Part shown: positions 49,280 to 59,013 of the stretch, one piece after another
Layout of the letters: every line of letters begins with the position of its first letter
Numbering within the stretch: the stretch's first letter is position 1
Source: an uncultured Candidatus Rokubacteria bacterium
GTDB taxonomy: Bacteria; Methylomirabilota; Methylomirabilia; Rokubacteriales; CSP1-6
Direction of reading: 5' to 3'
DNA length: 64,000 bases
Assembly (NCBI GenBank): GCA_963754315.1
Contig: CAVWFS010000018.1
Location: 1 to 64,000, forward strand
Program-made: the position numbers and the translations under genes
Notes under the pieces: generated by a model
What the model was told of the DNA's origin: nothing
Database searches by the model: none
What the model saw: the letters and a program-made list of their open reading frames with translations, nothing else

Positions 49280-49720
49280 TCATGTCGATCCGCCCGTCTT
49301 GGTGTAGTCCACGGTCAGCCATCGCTCCGGACGCATGCGTACGACCATGTTATCAGTGTGCTCCTCCCGGGTGGCCGTGATGTAGGCGTCGCCCCCTTGG
49401 GCGCCAAGGTACCGGCGCGCCAGCGGTCGGAGATCCCGCTCGAGATCAGCCGCCTCGATAGCGGTGATAGGCCCCTCCACGCTGACGTACTTGTAGGGCG
49501 GTGTCTCCGTCTGGGCGCACAGGCTGAATCTGCCCGCCCGCTGGAGCAATTGCCCCTTTCGAGACGTCCGACTGGTGACCAATCGAAGTTCTCCCCCCGA
49601 GTCGTAGGCGTACCAGACAGGGACGGTGAGGGGCCCTCGTCCCTCCTCGGGGATGCTGATGACCCCCACGTGCAGATCAGACAGAAACGATTCCCGCTCA
49701 TGCATCGTCATTGGGGGCAT
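49280..49720 (-). CDS. Pyridoxamine 5'-phosphate oxidase-like (PPOX/FMN split-barrel) protein
   Basis: GPLTVPVWY, SRKG, PPYKYVSVEG, LARRYLG, RPERW. Confidence 0.88.
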   Translation of the reverse strand: MPPMTMHERESFLSDLHVGVISIPEEGRGPLTVPVWYAYDSGGELRLVTSRTSRKGQLLQRAGRFSLCAQTETPPYKYVSVEGPITAIEAADLERDLRPLARRYLGAQGGDAYITATREEHTDNMVVRMRPERWLTVDYTKTGGST

Positions 49721-49891
49721 CACGGCTCCTCCCTCGTGCTGCACAATGTGCCAGGTCGCTGACGATTCGACCATGGGCGACCCAGGCGCCGCCGTCAACC
49801 CGACCGCCACGGTTGATCCGTCCCCAGAGTGGTTGCTGGGGTGGCGATCGATGATAAAAGATGCAGCATCATATCCCGCGGGGAGGGTCCC

Positions 49892-50770
49892 ATGGCCACG
49901 GGCCGTGTCCACATTGCCGCGCCTCGTTCCGTCACATCAGCCGCTCTGGTGCGCAGCATCGCCGTATCTTCGACACTGCTACCTGTGCTCATCCAGGCCG
50001 TGCTTCTTGGTGGCTGCGCGTCTGGCCAGACGCTCGCCTACGGCGACATCGTGGCTCGCGTCGATGCAACCGGCGCAGCTCCCGTCGCGGTTGCGGCCCA
50101 TGACCAACGAAAGCTCATTACCTCTGGACAGGAGAATCCCACGTTTGTCGGCAAGATCCGATCCCAGCACCACATCGCGGGCGTCAACACGGCCAGCGGC
50201 AAGCCCCTTGGTGATGACCTCACGACCGTCCTGGCGACATCGCTTGCCGCCAAGGGGTTCAAGGCGATCCCGGTCGTCGTCTCGCATTCCGAGAGCCCCG
50301 AAGGTGTTGCCCAAAGGATGGCGCTCATGCGAGTCGACCGAGACGTCGTGCTCACGGTCGCGGAGTGGAGGACCGACACCTACTTCAAGACCCAGCTCTT
50401 CTACGAGCTCGACCTCAAGGTGTTGGATTCGAGCGGTAAGGTTCTCGCGCAACGGCGCCTGGCTGGTCACGAGGACGAGATGAGTGGTAGCGCCCGCGAC
50501 GTGTTCCGCCAGAAACTCGAGCAGTTGATCAACGATCCCGAGGTGACGCAAGCTCTGACCTTCAGCGCATCCCCAGCGGCCGTCCAACCCGCGGCGCCGC
50601 CACAGCCCGCGCCACCGCCTCCGCCAGCCGCCAGCGGCCCACCGCCGGCAGTGCCCATCAGTCCCGATGTGGCCACTCAGCTACAGAAGCTGAAGGAGCT
50701 CTATGAGAAGGGCCTCGTCACCGAGGATGTGTACAAGGAGAAGATGCGGGAGATCCTGAACAAGCTGTGA
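49892..50770 (+). CDS. Lipoprotein with Pro-rich linker and C-terminal SHOCT domain
   Basis: Lipobox LLGGC; PPQPAPPPPP linker; LQKLKELYEKGLVTEDVYKEKMREIL. Confidence 0.75.
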   Translation: MATGRVHIAAPRSVTSAALVRSIAVSSTLLPVLIQAVLLGGCASGQTLAYGDIVARVDATGAAPVAVAAHDQRKLITSGQENPTFVGKIRSQHHIAGVNTASGKPLGDDLTTVLATSLAAKGFKAIPVVVSHSESPEGVAQRMALMRVDRDVVLTVAEWRTDTYFKTQLFYELDLKVLDSSGKVLAQRRLAGHEDEMSGSARDVFRQKLEQLINDPEVTQALTFSASPAAVQPAAPPQPAPPPPPAASGPPPAVPISPDVATQLQKLKELYEKGLVTEDVYKEKMREILNKL

Positions 50771-50819
50771 GTTCACGCCTGGGGTCTCCCTGCTGTGGAG
50801 TTGACGTCAACAGCGCAGG

Positions 50820-53800
50820 TCAGTGGGCTCTGAGCAGCCCGTCAATCCGGTCGATCAGCGAAGGGAGCCCGACGTGCACGGCTTCGGCTCGGGCCTCGCC
50901 GAGGTGCGCGATCGCTGACGCCTGATCGCCCTGCGCCAGGGCGAGCTCGCTGAGGTCAACCCGCGTCCGCGTGGTCCACACTCCCGCCGGAATCGCGGTG
51001 AAGGCGGCGAGCGCCTCGCGTAAGGCCCTCTCCGCGGTGGCGACGTCACGAAGACCGAGCGCCGCGCGTCCGAGGGCCCGCAGGGCAACGCCGGCGACCC
51101 AGGGAAGCTCCATCTCACGCGCAAGCTCGAGGGCCCGCTGCGCGAGCGGCTGGGCTCGGGCAGGCTCACCGCCGAGCGACCACGCCTCGGCCAGGCACGC
51201 ACTGAACCAGCTCTCGTGGGGGCGCACACCAGCCTCGGCGGACAATGCGAGGCCCTCTTCAAGCCGCCCGATGGCCCGCCCGACATCGCCGGCCGTCAGG
51301 TACGCATAGCCCAGGAAGCCGGCACAGAGGGCCCGGTTGTACGTGTCAGCGACGAGACCGAGGGCGCGCTCGGCTTCGGCAACCGCCGTTTCCGCGTCGC
51401 CCGTCTCCGCGGCGAGAAACCCCGCCCACCAGGATCCCAGCATCAGCAGGCGCGGATCGGCAACCGAGTCAGCGAGCGGGACGATCTTGTGCAGCTGCTC
51501 ACGGGCCAGCCCAAGTTCGCCGAGCAGATAGTGGTTGACACTTACACCCCAGTGGGCGGTCGCGAGCCAGCCGCGGTCGCGGCTTCGTTCCAGGCACGCG
51601 ACGGACCGATGGCCCCAGCCGATGCCTTCGCGCGGTCTGCCCGACCACCAGCATTCGTACGCCATCACGTGACAGGCGCGGCCCAGGGCAGCCACCTCGC
51701 CCGCTACCTCGGCGTCGCCGACGGCGCGCGAGGCCCATTCCCTGGCTTCTCCCAAGTTGCCGCGCAGGCAGTGGAGATTGGCGATCAAGTACCCGAAGCG
51801 CGCCGTAAGGCGCTGGTCGTCGAGTCGACTCACGCCCGCGCCTTCTGCAGCGACCCGCGCGAGGGCCTCGCCGATGCGACCGAGGTAGGTCAGGGAGCGG
51901 GACAGGCGCATCATCACGTCAATTCTCAGGGCATCACGCTGGGCCACTGGCAGCCGACCGGCGTGCTCGCGCGCTCGCTCGAGCGCGGCAACGGCCTCCT
52001 CGTGCGATGAGCCGCGGGCCGCGCGGTCGGCGAAGCGGACCAGCCAGGTGACGGCCCGCGCCGAATCGTCGGTGTGCGCCCAGTGGTAGGCCAGGCGATC
52101 GACGACCTCTGCACCGTGCGCAGCCTGAGCCTCCAGGACGTCTCCAGCCAGCGCATGCAGCCGCCGTCGCTCACCGGGCTCGAGGCGCGCGTAGGCTAGC
52201 TCCTGCGTCAGCGGGTGCTTGAAGACGTACCCCCGCTCCGCGGCAGCCACGCGGGGGAGCAGGAACTCCTGGCATACCAAGGTATCCACCTGCGGGTCGA
52301 GCGAGCCGCCGCAGACGGCCTCGAGGAGATCGTGAGAGAACCCGCGACCGAGCACGGCGGCCGCGCCGAGGAGCCGACGCGGCTCCGGGGCCAGCCGGTC
52401 GATGCGGCTGCCGACGACCTCGTCGATCGTAGCGGGAATGGTCGGCTCGGCCTCGAGTCGACCCTGATCGCGGACGGTGATCGCGAGCTCCTCGAGGAAC
52501 AGCGGATTTCCCTCGGCGCGAGCCAGGACGGGCTCGGCCAGCTCTCCGGCCGAGTCGCCCAGGATCCCCTCCACGACGCGGAAGCTGTCCTCGCGGCCCA
52601 GCGGTGCCAGCGACACCTGCGTGGCGTACGAGTGCCCGATCCAGCCCGGCTGGTAGCCGGGGCGGTAGGTGGTGACCAGCAGAAGGCGGCTGCCGCCCAG
52701 CCGCTCCACCAGCGCCCGAAGCCACTCGTCCGACGTGCGGTCTATCCAGTGCAGGTCCTCGACGAAGATGGCCTGGGTACGGCGGGTGCTCGCGCCCAGG
52801 AAAAGCTCCAAGAGAGTCTCGAACGTCCGGGCGCGGAGCACCTCGGGGCTCAGGTCGTCGAGCCCTCCGCCGCGATCGCGGACTCCCAGCAGACGGAGGA
52901 GGAAGGGAAGTCGCGGGCCAGAGTCGAGCCCAGCCTCCCCGAGCGTCGTCGAGAGTCGCTCGACTGTCGGGCCCAGGGGATCGCCCTCCGAGAGGGTGGC
53001 AAGCTCCCGCAGCACGTCGAGCACCGGCAGGAAGGGAATGGCCCCACCCTGTGGTACGCAATGCCCTACGACGCACTCCACGGATTCGCCCGCCACACGC
53101 TGACGGAATTCCCAGACGAGGCGTGATTTCCCGATGCCGGCGTCACCCACGATCCCGACCACGCGCCCGCGCCCGCTGGCGGCCACGGCGAGCTCGCCGG
53201 CCAGGGCGTCGAGCTCCCGCTGCCGGCCGACGAACGTCGTGAGACGGCTGCGGTGATCGAACGCCGTACGCGGCCGATGAACGAGGCGGAGCGCCTTGTG
53301 TCCAGTCAGTGGTTGATCGGCCACCAGCGCGAATCTGCGCGAGAGCAGAGCCTCTATGGATTCGGCCACGACCACGGTGTTTGGTTCTGCCTCCGCGACC
53401 AGCGCATCGATCTCCGTCACGATTTGACCCAGGACTTCCGCGTCGATCCGCGTCCCGTCCGGGTCGACGGCCAGCGGGGCCGTCGCGACGTGGAGCGCGG
53501 CCTGGACCCCCACGGGCGGGTCGTCATCCCGGGCGGCAGTCACCGCCGCCAGCGCGGCATGAGCTGCGCGCGTGGTCACATCCTCCGTCGGCGTCGTGCC
53601 AAAGGAGGCCAGTATCGTCAGCGAGCCCTGGCTCTCCAGCCGGCCCCCGAACGCTCGCACTGTGTCGGCGATCCGCTCAAGCCGGTGCGCGCTCGTCGAG
53701 GCCGGCCAGACGTCGTCGCCGACGAGCCGCACCCGGAGCAGCGCGATGTGCCGGTGCTCCCAGCGAGGCCCTGGGATGGACGCGCCGACGCTCTCGGACG

Positions 53801-54794
53801 GCGATGGCCCCCGCACGCCCGGAAACGGTGAGAGTCCTAGACGTCGCATGCGGTAACGCAGGGTGTTGCGGGGAATGCCGAGTCGAGCCGCCGCCTGAAC
53901 GACGTTGCCGCCTGTCGCCTTCAGTGCGGTCAGAATGGGGTCCGCGCCGGCCATCCGCCAGGGCATCGTCGAGCCACGAGCGGCGCCCTCCCCTGATGCG
54001 CCGGACGAGGGCGCCGGTGGCGAGGGGGACGCGTCGAGAAGAAGGGCAGCCGCGGTGATCTCCGCTCCGTCGGCGAGCAACGCGGCGCGCTCGAGCACGT
54101 TCGCCAGCTCGCGTATATTCCCGGGCCACGCGTGCCGGCGCAGGACGTCCAGGGCGCCGGCGGCCAACTTCATGGGCCCGAGCCCGTAATTCTCGGCGAC
54201 GCGCTGCAGAAGATGCTCGGCGAGGAGACCAAGGTCGTCGCTCCGCTCTCGCAGGGGCGGCAAGGTGAGGGTCACCAGGGAGAGGCGATGGTAGAGGTCT
54301 TCGCGGAAGCGCCCGAGACGCCGCGCGGCGGCCAGGTCATCGCTGGCGGCCGCGATGATCTGCATGTCGAGCGGCTCGTCCCGCGTGGCTCCGAGGCGCC
54401 GCACCGTGCGTTCCTCGATAGCAGTCAGGAGCTTGGCCTGCAGCGGAGGGGAGAGCAGGCTGACCTCGTCGAGCAGTACGGTGCCATGCTGGGCGAGGTG
54501 GAACAGGCCGGGCTTGGCCTGGCGAGCGTCCGTGAACGCCCCCCGCTCGTAGCCGAACATCTCGGCCTCGAGCATGGTCTCGGGGATCGCGGCACAGTTC
54601 ACGGGCACGAAGGGGCCGCTGGCGCGCGGGCTCAACTCGTGAATGACCCGCGCCACCAGCCCCTTGCCAGTACCGGTCTCGCCGAGGATCAGGATCGGCG
54701 GGAGTCGGCGGGCCGTCCGCTGACGCTCGACGAGGCTCTGGATCGCTTGCCGGACGGCGACGATACCCTTGCTCTCGCCGACGAGCCTCTGCAT
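50820..54794 (-). CDS. Giant sigma54-dependent activator: AAA+ / Fis HTH / degenerate cyclase-like / STAND ATPase / TPR
   Basis: GETGTGKG, NCAAIP, GAFTDA, FREDLYHRL, WPGNIREL; GNVVQAAARLGIPRNTLRYRM; FVGRQREL, GDAGIGKSRL, EDLHWID, GNPLFLEE, FKHPLTQE; helical repeats. Confidence 0.92.
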   Translation of the reverse strand: MQRLVGESKGIVAVRQAIQSLVERQRTARRLPPILILGETGTGKGLVARVIHELSPRASGPFVPVNCAAIPETMLEAEMFGYERGAFTDARQAKPGLFHLAQHGTVLLDEVSLLSPPLQAKLLTAIEERTVRRLGATRDEPLDMQIIAAASDDLAAARRLGRFREDLYHRLSLVTLTLPPLRERSDDLGLLAEHLLQRVAENYGLGPMKLAAGALDVLRRHAWPGNIRELANVLERAALLADGAEITAAALLLDASPSPPAPSSGASGEGAARGSTMPWRMAGADPILTALKATGGNVVQAAARLGIPRNTLRYRMRRLGLSPFPGVRGPSPSESVGASIPGPRWEHRHIALLRVRLVGDDVWPASTSAHRLERIADTVRAFGGRLESQGSLTILASFGTTPTEDVTTRAAHAALAAVTAARDDDPPVGVQAALHVATAPLAVDPDGTRIDAEVLGQIVTEIDALVAEAEPNTVVVAESIEALLSRRFALVADQPLTGHKALRLVHRPRTAFDHRSRLTTFVGRQRELDALAGELAVAASGRGRVVGIVGDAGIGKSRLVWEFRQRVAGESVECVVGHCVPQGGAIPFLPVLDVLRELATLSEGDPLGPTVERLSTTLGEAGLDSGPRLPFLLRLLGVRDRGGGLDDLSPEVLRARTFETLLELFLGASTRRTQAIFVEDLHWIDRTSDEWLRALVERLGGSRLLLVTTYRPGYQPGWIGHSYATQVSLAPLGREDSFRVVEGILGDSAGELAEPVLARAEGNPLFLEELAITVRDQGRLEAEPTIPATIDEVVGSRIDRLAPEPRRLLGAAAVLGRGFSHDLLEAVCGGSLDPQVDTLVCQEFLLPRVAAAERGYVFKHPLTQELAYARLEPGERRRLHALAGDVLEAQAAHGAEVVDRLAYHWAHTDDSARAVTWLVRFADRAARGSSHEEAVAALERAREHAGRLPVAQRDALRIDVMMRLSRSLTYLGRIGEALARVAAEGAGVSRLDDQRLTARFGYLIANLHCLRGNLGEAREWASRAVGDAEVAGEVAALGRACHVMAYECWWSGRPREGIGWGHRSVACLERSRDRGWLATAHWGVSVNHYLLGELGLAREQLHKIVPLADSVADPRLLMLGSWWAGFLAAETGDAETAVAEAERALGLVADTYNRALCAGFLGYAYLTAGDVGRAIGRLEEGLALSAEAGVRPHESWFSACLAEAWSLGGEPARAQPLAQRALELAREMELPWVAGVALRALGRAALGLRDVATAERALREALAAFTAIPAGVWTTRTRVDLSELALAQGDQASAIAHLGEARAEAVHVGLPSLIDRIDGLLRAH

Positions 54795-54828
54795 CGACTT
54801 CGATTCTACGTCCGCCGCGCGGACGGCG

Positions 54829-54876
54829 GTGGCAAGTGGCCAAAGTGGCGAAATTGGCCACATGGTCCGTGGCCAA
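54829..54876. promoter_or_regulatory. Candidate enhancer (UAS) array of TGGC(CA) repeats
   Basis: gtggcaagtggccaaagtggcgaaattggccacatggtccgtggccaa; contains the palindrome TGGC-N7-GCCA (tggcgaaattggcca). Confidence 0.55.
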
Positions 54877-54894
54877 ACATCTCGAGTGAGAGCG

Positions 54895-54940
54895 TAAACC
54901 CCTGGTTTCATGTCCATTCTAGCCTGGCATCCCTCCTGCC
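54895..54940 (+). promoter_or_regulatory. Sigma54 -24/-12 promoter with IHF-like site
   Basis: TGGCATccctcCTGC at 54925-54939 (GG-N10-GC); taaacccctggtt at 54895 is a 2-mismatch IHF match; divergent from the activator gene. Confidence 0.65.
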
Positions 54941-54964
54941 GCTAGTGGTTGCGGAGCGGGTAAG

Positions 54965-55600
54965 ATGATCGATCTGGACTGGGTCAACGTCGCCGGGTAC
55001 AGCGCCTCCTTCCTCGTCTTCTCCGCCTTCTACATGAAGGCCATGACCCCCCTCCGCGTGATCGCCATCGCCAGCAACGTCGCCTTCATCGCCTACGGGC
55101 TCGGTGCGGGGCTCTATCCCGTCCTCGTTCTGCATGCGGTCCTGCTGCCCCTGAACTGTGTACGCCTGCTGCAGGCGCGAAGCCTGGTCCAGCGGGTGCG
55201 CGCCGGGCTGCGGAGCACCTTCGGCCTCGAGTGGTTAATCCCGATGATGACCTGTCACTCGTTCAGGTCAGGCGACGTTCTGTTCAGGATCGGCGACCCC
55301 GCGCGCTCGACGTTCGTGATTCTGTCAGGGTCGGTCCGTGTGACCGAGATCGGGGTCGTCCTCGGCCCCGGCTCCGTCATTGGAGAAATCGGGGTGTTCG
55401 CGCCGGACGGCTGCCGGACAGGCACCGCTCTCTGCGAGACCGATGTCGAGATCGGGTCAATCAGTGACCAGCGGCTGCTTCAGCTGTGTGTCCAGGACCC
55501 CACCTTCGGCCTCTATCTGATGCGTTTGGTCGTCCAGCGCCTGCTGGACAACGAGCGGCGATGGGCAGCGAAAGCGGAGTGTGACGCACGGCCTAGGTAG
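54965..55600 (+). CDS. Membrane-anchored cyclic-nucleotide-binding protein
   Basis: AFYMKAMTPLRVIAIASNVAFIAYG...LHAVLLPLN; LFRIGD, IGEIGVF, RTGTA. Confidence 0.88.
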   Translation: MIDLDWVNVAGYSASFLVFSAFYMKAMTPLRVIAIASNVAFIAYGLGAGLYPVLVLHAVLLPLNCVRLLQARSLVQRVRAGLRSTFGLEWLIPMMTCHSFRSGDVLFRIGDPARSTFVILSGSVRVTEIGVVLGPGSVIGEIGVFAPDGCRTGTALCETDVEIGSISDQRLLQLCVQDPTFGLYLMRLVVQRLLDNERRWAAKAECDARPR

Positions 55601-55611
55601 CAGGGCAACAG

Positions 55612-55732
55612 TGCTCGTGGCGTGGTCGGCCCCGACCGACGCGGCGACCCTGATCGTGAACTCGCTGAACGACAACACAACTGCCGGCGACGGCGCCTGC
55701 ACCTTGAGAGAGGCGATCGTGGCGGCGGCAGG
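55612..55732 (+). pseudogene. CSLREA-domain N-terminal fragment of a secreted protein
   Basis: DAATLIVNSLNDNTTAGDGACTLREAIVAA, then the homology ends. Confidence 0.7.
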
Positions 55733-55734
55733 CG

Positions 55735-55908
55735 GGCATCAGCGACCACTGGCGACATTCCTTTGGCTCCGGGAAAACTCCTCATGCCAAATCGTTCCGC
55801 GGCGGCCGCCGCGCCCAGGTAGCCATACTTGCGCAAATAGCCCTGGAGATCGGTCGTGTCTGCGCCTCTCGATCCATTCCTCGGTCCAGCCTTGATTTCG
55901 ACAGCCAT
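55735..55908 (-). pseudogene. N-terminal fragment of a peptidoglycan-binding / matrixin-like protein
   Basis: RBS gaggagg; MAVEIKAGPRNGSRGADTTDLQGYLRKYGYL; runs into the CSLREA fragment. Confidence 0.5.
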
Positions 55909-56126
55909 ACGAGCCTCCTCTGTCACGCTAACCGGCCAGGACGTTAACCGAACAGGGCTTGGCTGCTGAGAGATCGAGACGCGAGAGGCACATGCGGTCC
56001 GTGGTTACGCACACGCCCTACGCCCTGGCGATGTCCCCGAGGGTCGGTGGGATGTAGAATCCGAGTAGCCCGCGGGAGGGAGTTCATGAAGCGAATCACC
56101 AGTCGTAACGGCAGGATCGGCAAGCC

Positions 56127-57077
56127 ATGAAGAGGGCCATGGTGCCGCTGGCGCTGATCTGCTTGACCGTGATCTTCACCGCCTGCCTCCTGCCCGGGCC
56201 CGGCCAGTCGGCGCCGGTGGGCGGGGTATGGAGCACGCTGGCCCCGATGCCGACCCCGCGGCAAGAGATCTCCGTCTCGGTGCTCGACGGCAAGGTCTTC
56301 GCGATCGCCGGCTTCGACACGCAAGGGCAGTCGACGGCCACGGTGGAGGTCTATGATCCGCGGACGAATACGTGGCGGCAGGCAGCGCCCTTGCCGATCG
56401 CTACCAACCACAACGCCGCCGCCACCGTCAATGGCCGGCTGTACGCGTTCGGGGGGACGAGCCCGCGCGCCTTTATCTACGACGCCGGCCGCGACGCGTG
56501 GAGCGAGGTCGCGTCAATGCGGTACTCGCACGGGGGGACCCCGGCCGTGGCCGTCATCGCCGGGAAGATCTACGTGGCCGGAGGCACCGGGTCCGATATG
56601 GTCGGCAACGAGCTCGAAGTCTACGACCCAGGTGCGAACGCGTGGCAGGTGCTGGCCCCAATGGCTGTACCCCGCAACCACACTGCCGGCGGCGCGATCG
56701 GAGGCCGGTTCTACGTCGTGGGGGGACGGGGCAGTCCCGATGCCTCGACGGCGCATGAGGTCTACGATCCGACAACAAACGTCTGGACGAGGCGGGCGCC
56801 GTTGCCGACCGGCCGCTCCGGCATCGCGGCCGGCGTCGTGCGCGGGCATCTCTACGTGTTCGGCGGGGAGCTTCCCCGGCTCTTCGGCGAGGTCGAGGTT
56901 TACGATCCGGCCATGGATACGTGGCAGTCGCTGCCGCCCATGCCCGTTCCTCGCCACGGCATCTTTGCCGGCGTGATCGGAAGCGTCATCTACCTCCCGG
57001 GCGGTGCAACCCAGCAGGGTCTGGGCGCGACCAGCGCGAACTCGGCGTTCCGCGCGAGGGGACCCCATCCCGAGTAG
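56127..57077 (+). CDS. Secreted Kelch-repeat beta-propeller protein
   Basis: Signal peptide; about 6 repeats of (I/L)Y(V/A)xGG...EVYDPxxxxW...APMPxxR. Confidence 0.92.
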   Translation: MKRAMVPLALICLTVIFTACLLPGPGQSAPVGGVWSTLAPMPTPRQEISVSVLDGKVFAIAGFDTQGQSTATVEVYDPRTNTWRQAAPLPIATNHNAAATVNGRLYAFGGTSPRAFIYDAGRDAWSEVASMRYSHGGTPAVAVIAGKIYVAGGTGSDMVGNELEVYDPGANAWQVLAPMAVPRNHTAGGAIGGRFYVVGGRGSPDASTAHEVYDPTTNVWTRRAPLPTGRSGIAAGVVRGHLYVFGGELPRLFGEVEVYDPAMDTWQSLPPMPVPRHGIFAGVIGSVIYLPGGATQQGLGATSANSAFRARGPHPE

Positions 57078-57273
57078 GGCCCTTCCCGAGACCTCGCGAT
57101 TCGCGCCCCTCGGCGCGGTCTGAGCGCTGCCGCGGGAATCACTCTTCCTCCGGGGGCTTGACTCTTGTTCCGGGGGACGCGATCTTAGCTCGGATCAGGG
57201 AAGGAGAGAGGCTGGCGGCTGCGAAGGCGTTTTCATGGTACATACGACGACCGCACTCTGACAGGAGGAGCTC

Positions 57274-58932
57274 ATGGCCGAAGTTGACGGCGCAACCTTA
57301 GTGGCGAGGAACCTCAAGCGGCAGGGCGTCGAATTCATGTTCGGGATCGTCGGGTTTCCGGTGCAGCCGATCGCTGCCGCCGCGCAGAAGGAAGGGATTA
57401 CCTATGTCGGGATGCGCAACGAGCAGTCCGCCTCGTACGCCGCCCAGGCTGTTGGCTATCTGACCGGGCGTCCCGGCGCCTGCCTCGTGGTGTCGGGCCC
57501 CGGCGTCGTCCACGCCCTCGCCGGCCTCGCCAATGCGCAGCAGAATGGCTGGCCGATGGTCCTCATCGGGGGAGCGTCGGAGACGTGGCGTAACGGCATG
57601 GGTGCGTTCCAGGAAGAGCGCCAGGTGTTGATCGCGACGCCATTCTGCAAGTTCGCGCATGCGATCGAGCACGTCCACCGAATCCCGTTCTATGTCGAGA
57701 TGGCGGTCAGGAACTCGATCTACGGCCGGCCCGGCGCGAGCTATCTCGACATTGCAGACGACATCATCACCGGAAAGGTCGACGAGGTGATGGTGGAGGA
57801 GCCCGCGCGCTGTCCGGATCCCCCCCGCACCCAGGCCATTCCGGACGACGTCGAGCACGCACTGGACGCGCTCCGGTCGGCGGAGCGGCCCCTCGTCATC
57901 ATCGGCAAGGGTATGGCCTATTCGCGCGCCGAGACCGAGGTGCGCGCCTTCATCGAACGCACCCAGCTGCCGTTCCTGGCCTCGCCGATGGGCAAGGGTG
58001 TGATGCCCGACGCCCATCCGCTCTCGGTCGGCGCCGCGCGCAGCCACGCGCTCCAGAATGCCGACGTCGTCTTCCTGATGGGCGCGCGGCTCAACTGGAT
58101 CATGCATTTCGGCCTGCCCCCGCGGTATCACAAGGACGTACGCTTCATCCAGCTCGACATCGCGGCGGAGACGATCGGCCAGAACGCGCCGACCGAGGTC
58201 GCGCTGGTCGGCGACGGCAAGGCGATCGTCGGGCAGCTCAACAAGGCCCTCGAAAAGCGCGAGTGGGTCTATCCCAAGGAAATGCCCTGGCGTGCCGCCA
58301 TCGCCGAAAAAGCGGCGGCGAATGCGAAGCAGATCGCGCCTCAGCTCGTCGACGACGCGGCGCCGGCCAACTACTACCGCGCGCTGAGGGACGTGGCCGC
58401 CTGGACGCCGGAAGACGCGATCATCATCGGCGAGGGCGCCAGCACGATGGACATCGGCCGCACCCAGCTGTTCAATTCGAAGCCACGGCACCGGCTCGAT
58501 GCCGGTAGCTACGGCACCATGGGCATCGGCATGGGCTTCGTCATCGCGGCCGCGGTGGTGCATCCCGACAAGCCGATCATCTCGGTCTCGGGCGACTCGG
58601 CGATCGGCTTCTCCGGCATGGAGATCGAGACGGCTTGTCGCTATCAGCTACCGGTCAAGATCGTCGTCTTCAACAACGGCGGCATCGGCCCCGGTCACGC
58701 CGAGCCGCCGGCCGACCCGCTCAAGAACATGCGGCCGAACGCGCTGATCTACGGCGCCCGCTATGACAAGATGATGGAGGCCTTTGGCGGCAAGGGCTGG
58801 TTCATCGAGAACCCGAAGGACCTCAAGGCCGCCTTGCAAGAGGCGATGGACTTCCGCGGCCCGGCGCTCGTCAATGTCATGATTTCCCAGGAGTCCGCCC
58901 GCAAGCCGCAACAGTTCCGCTGGCACAGCTGA
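57274..58932 (+). CDS. TPP-dependent 2-hydroxyacyl-CoA lyase (HACL; oxalyl-CoA decarboxylase superfamily)
   Basis: GMRNEQSASYAA, MGAFQEERQV, YGTMGIG, GDSAIGFSGME, NNGGIG, C-terminal RKPQQFRWHS typical of bacterial HACLs. Confidence 0.85.
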   Translation: MAEVDGATLVARNLKRQGVEFMFGIVGFPVQPIAAAAQKEGITYVGMRNEQSASYAAQAVGYLTGRPGACLVVSGPGVVHALAGLANAQQNGWPMVLIGGASETWRNGMGAFQEERQVLIATPFCKFAHAIEHVHRIPFYVEMAVRNSIYGRPGASYLDIADDIITGKVDEVMVEEPARCPDPPRTQAIPDDVEHALDALRSAERPLVIIGKGMAYSRAETEVRAFIERTQLPFLASPMGKGVMPDAHPLSVGAARSHALQNADVVFLMGARLNWIMHFGLPPRYHKDVRFIQLDIAAETIGQNAPTEVALVGDGKAIVGQLNKALEKREWVYPKEMPWRAAIAEKAAANAKQIAPQLVDDAAPANYYRALRDVAAWTPEDAIIIGEGASTMDIGRTQLFNSKPRHRLDAGSYGTMGIGMGFVIAAAVVHPDKPIISVSGDSAIGFSGMEIETACRYQLPVKIVVFNNGGIGPGHAEPPADPLKNMRPNALIYGARYDKMMEAFGGKGWFIENPKDLKAALQEAMDFRGPALVNVMISQESARKPQQFRWHS

Positions 58933-58951
58933 TCGGCCGAGCGGTACGGTC

Positions 58952-58980
58952 AGGGGCCGCTCCTAAGGGGCGGCCCCTTT
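58952..58980. terminator. Hairpin terminator between convergent genes
   Basis: aggggccgctcc-taa-ggggcggcccct followed by tt. Confidence 0.7.
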
Positions 58981-59013
58981 CCCCCGATCACAGAGCCTGA
59001 ACAGGCGTCACGA

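Noticed and set aside
57080..57270. Possible TPP riboswitch upstream of the TPP-dependent enzyme
   Set aside because: ctgag and agggaa fragments are present, but the conserved CTGAGA...ACCTGA...GNNAGGGA core and stems are not recognisable.
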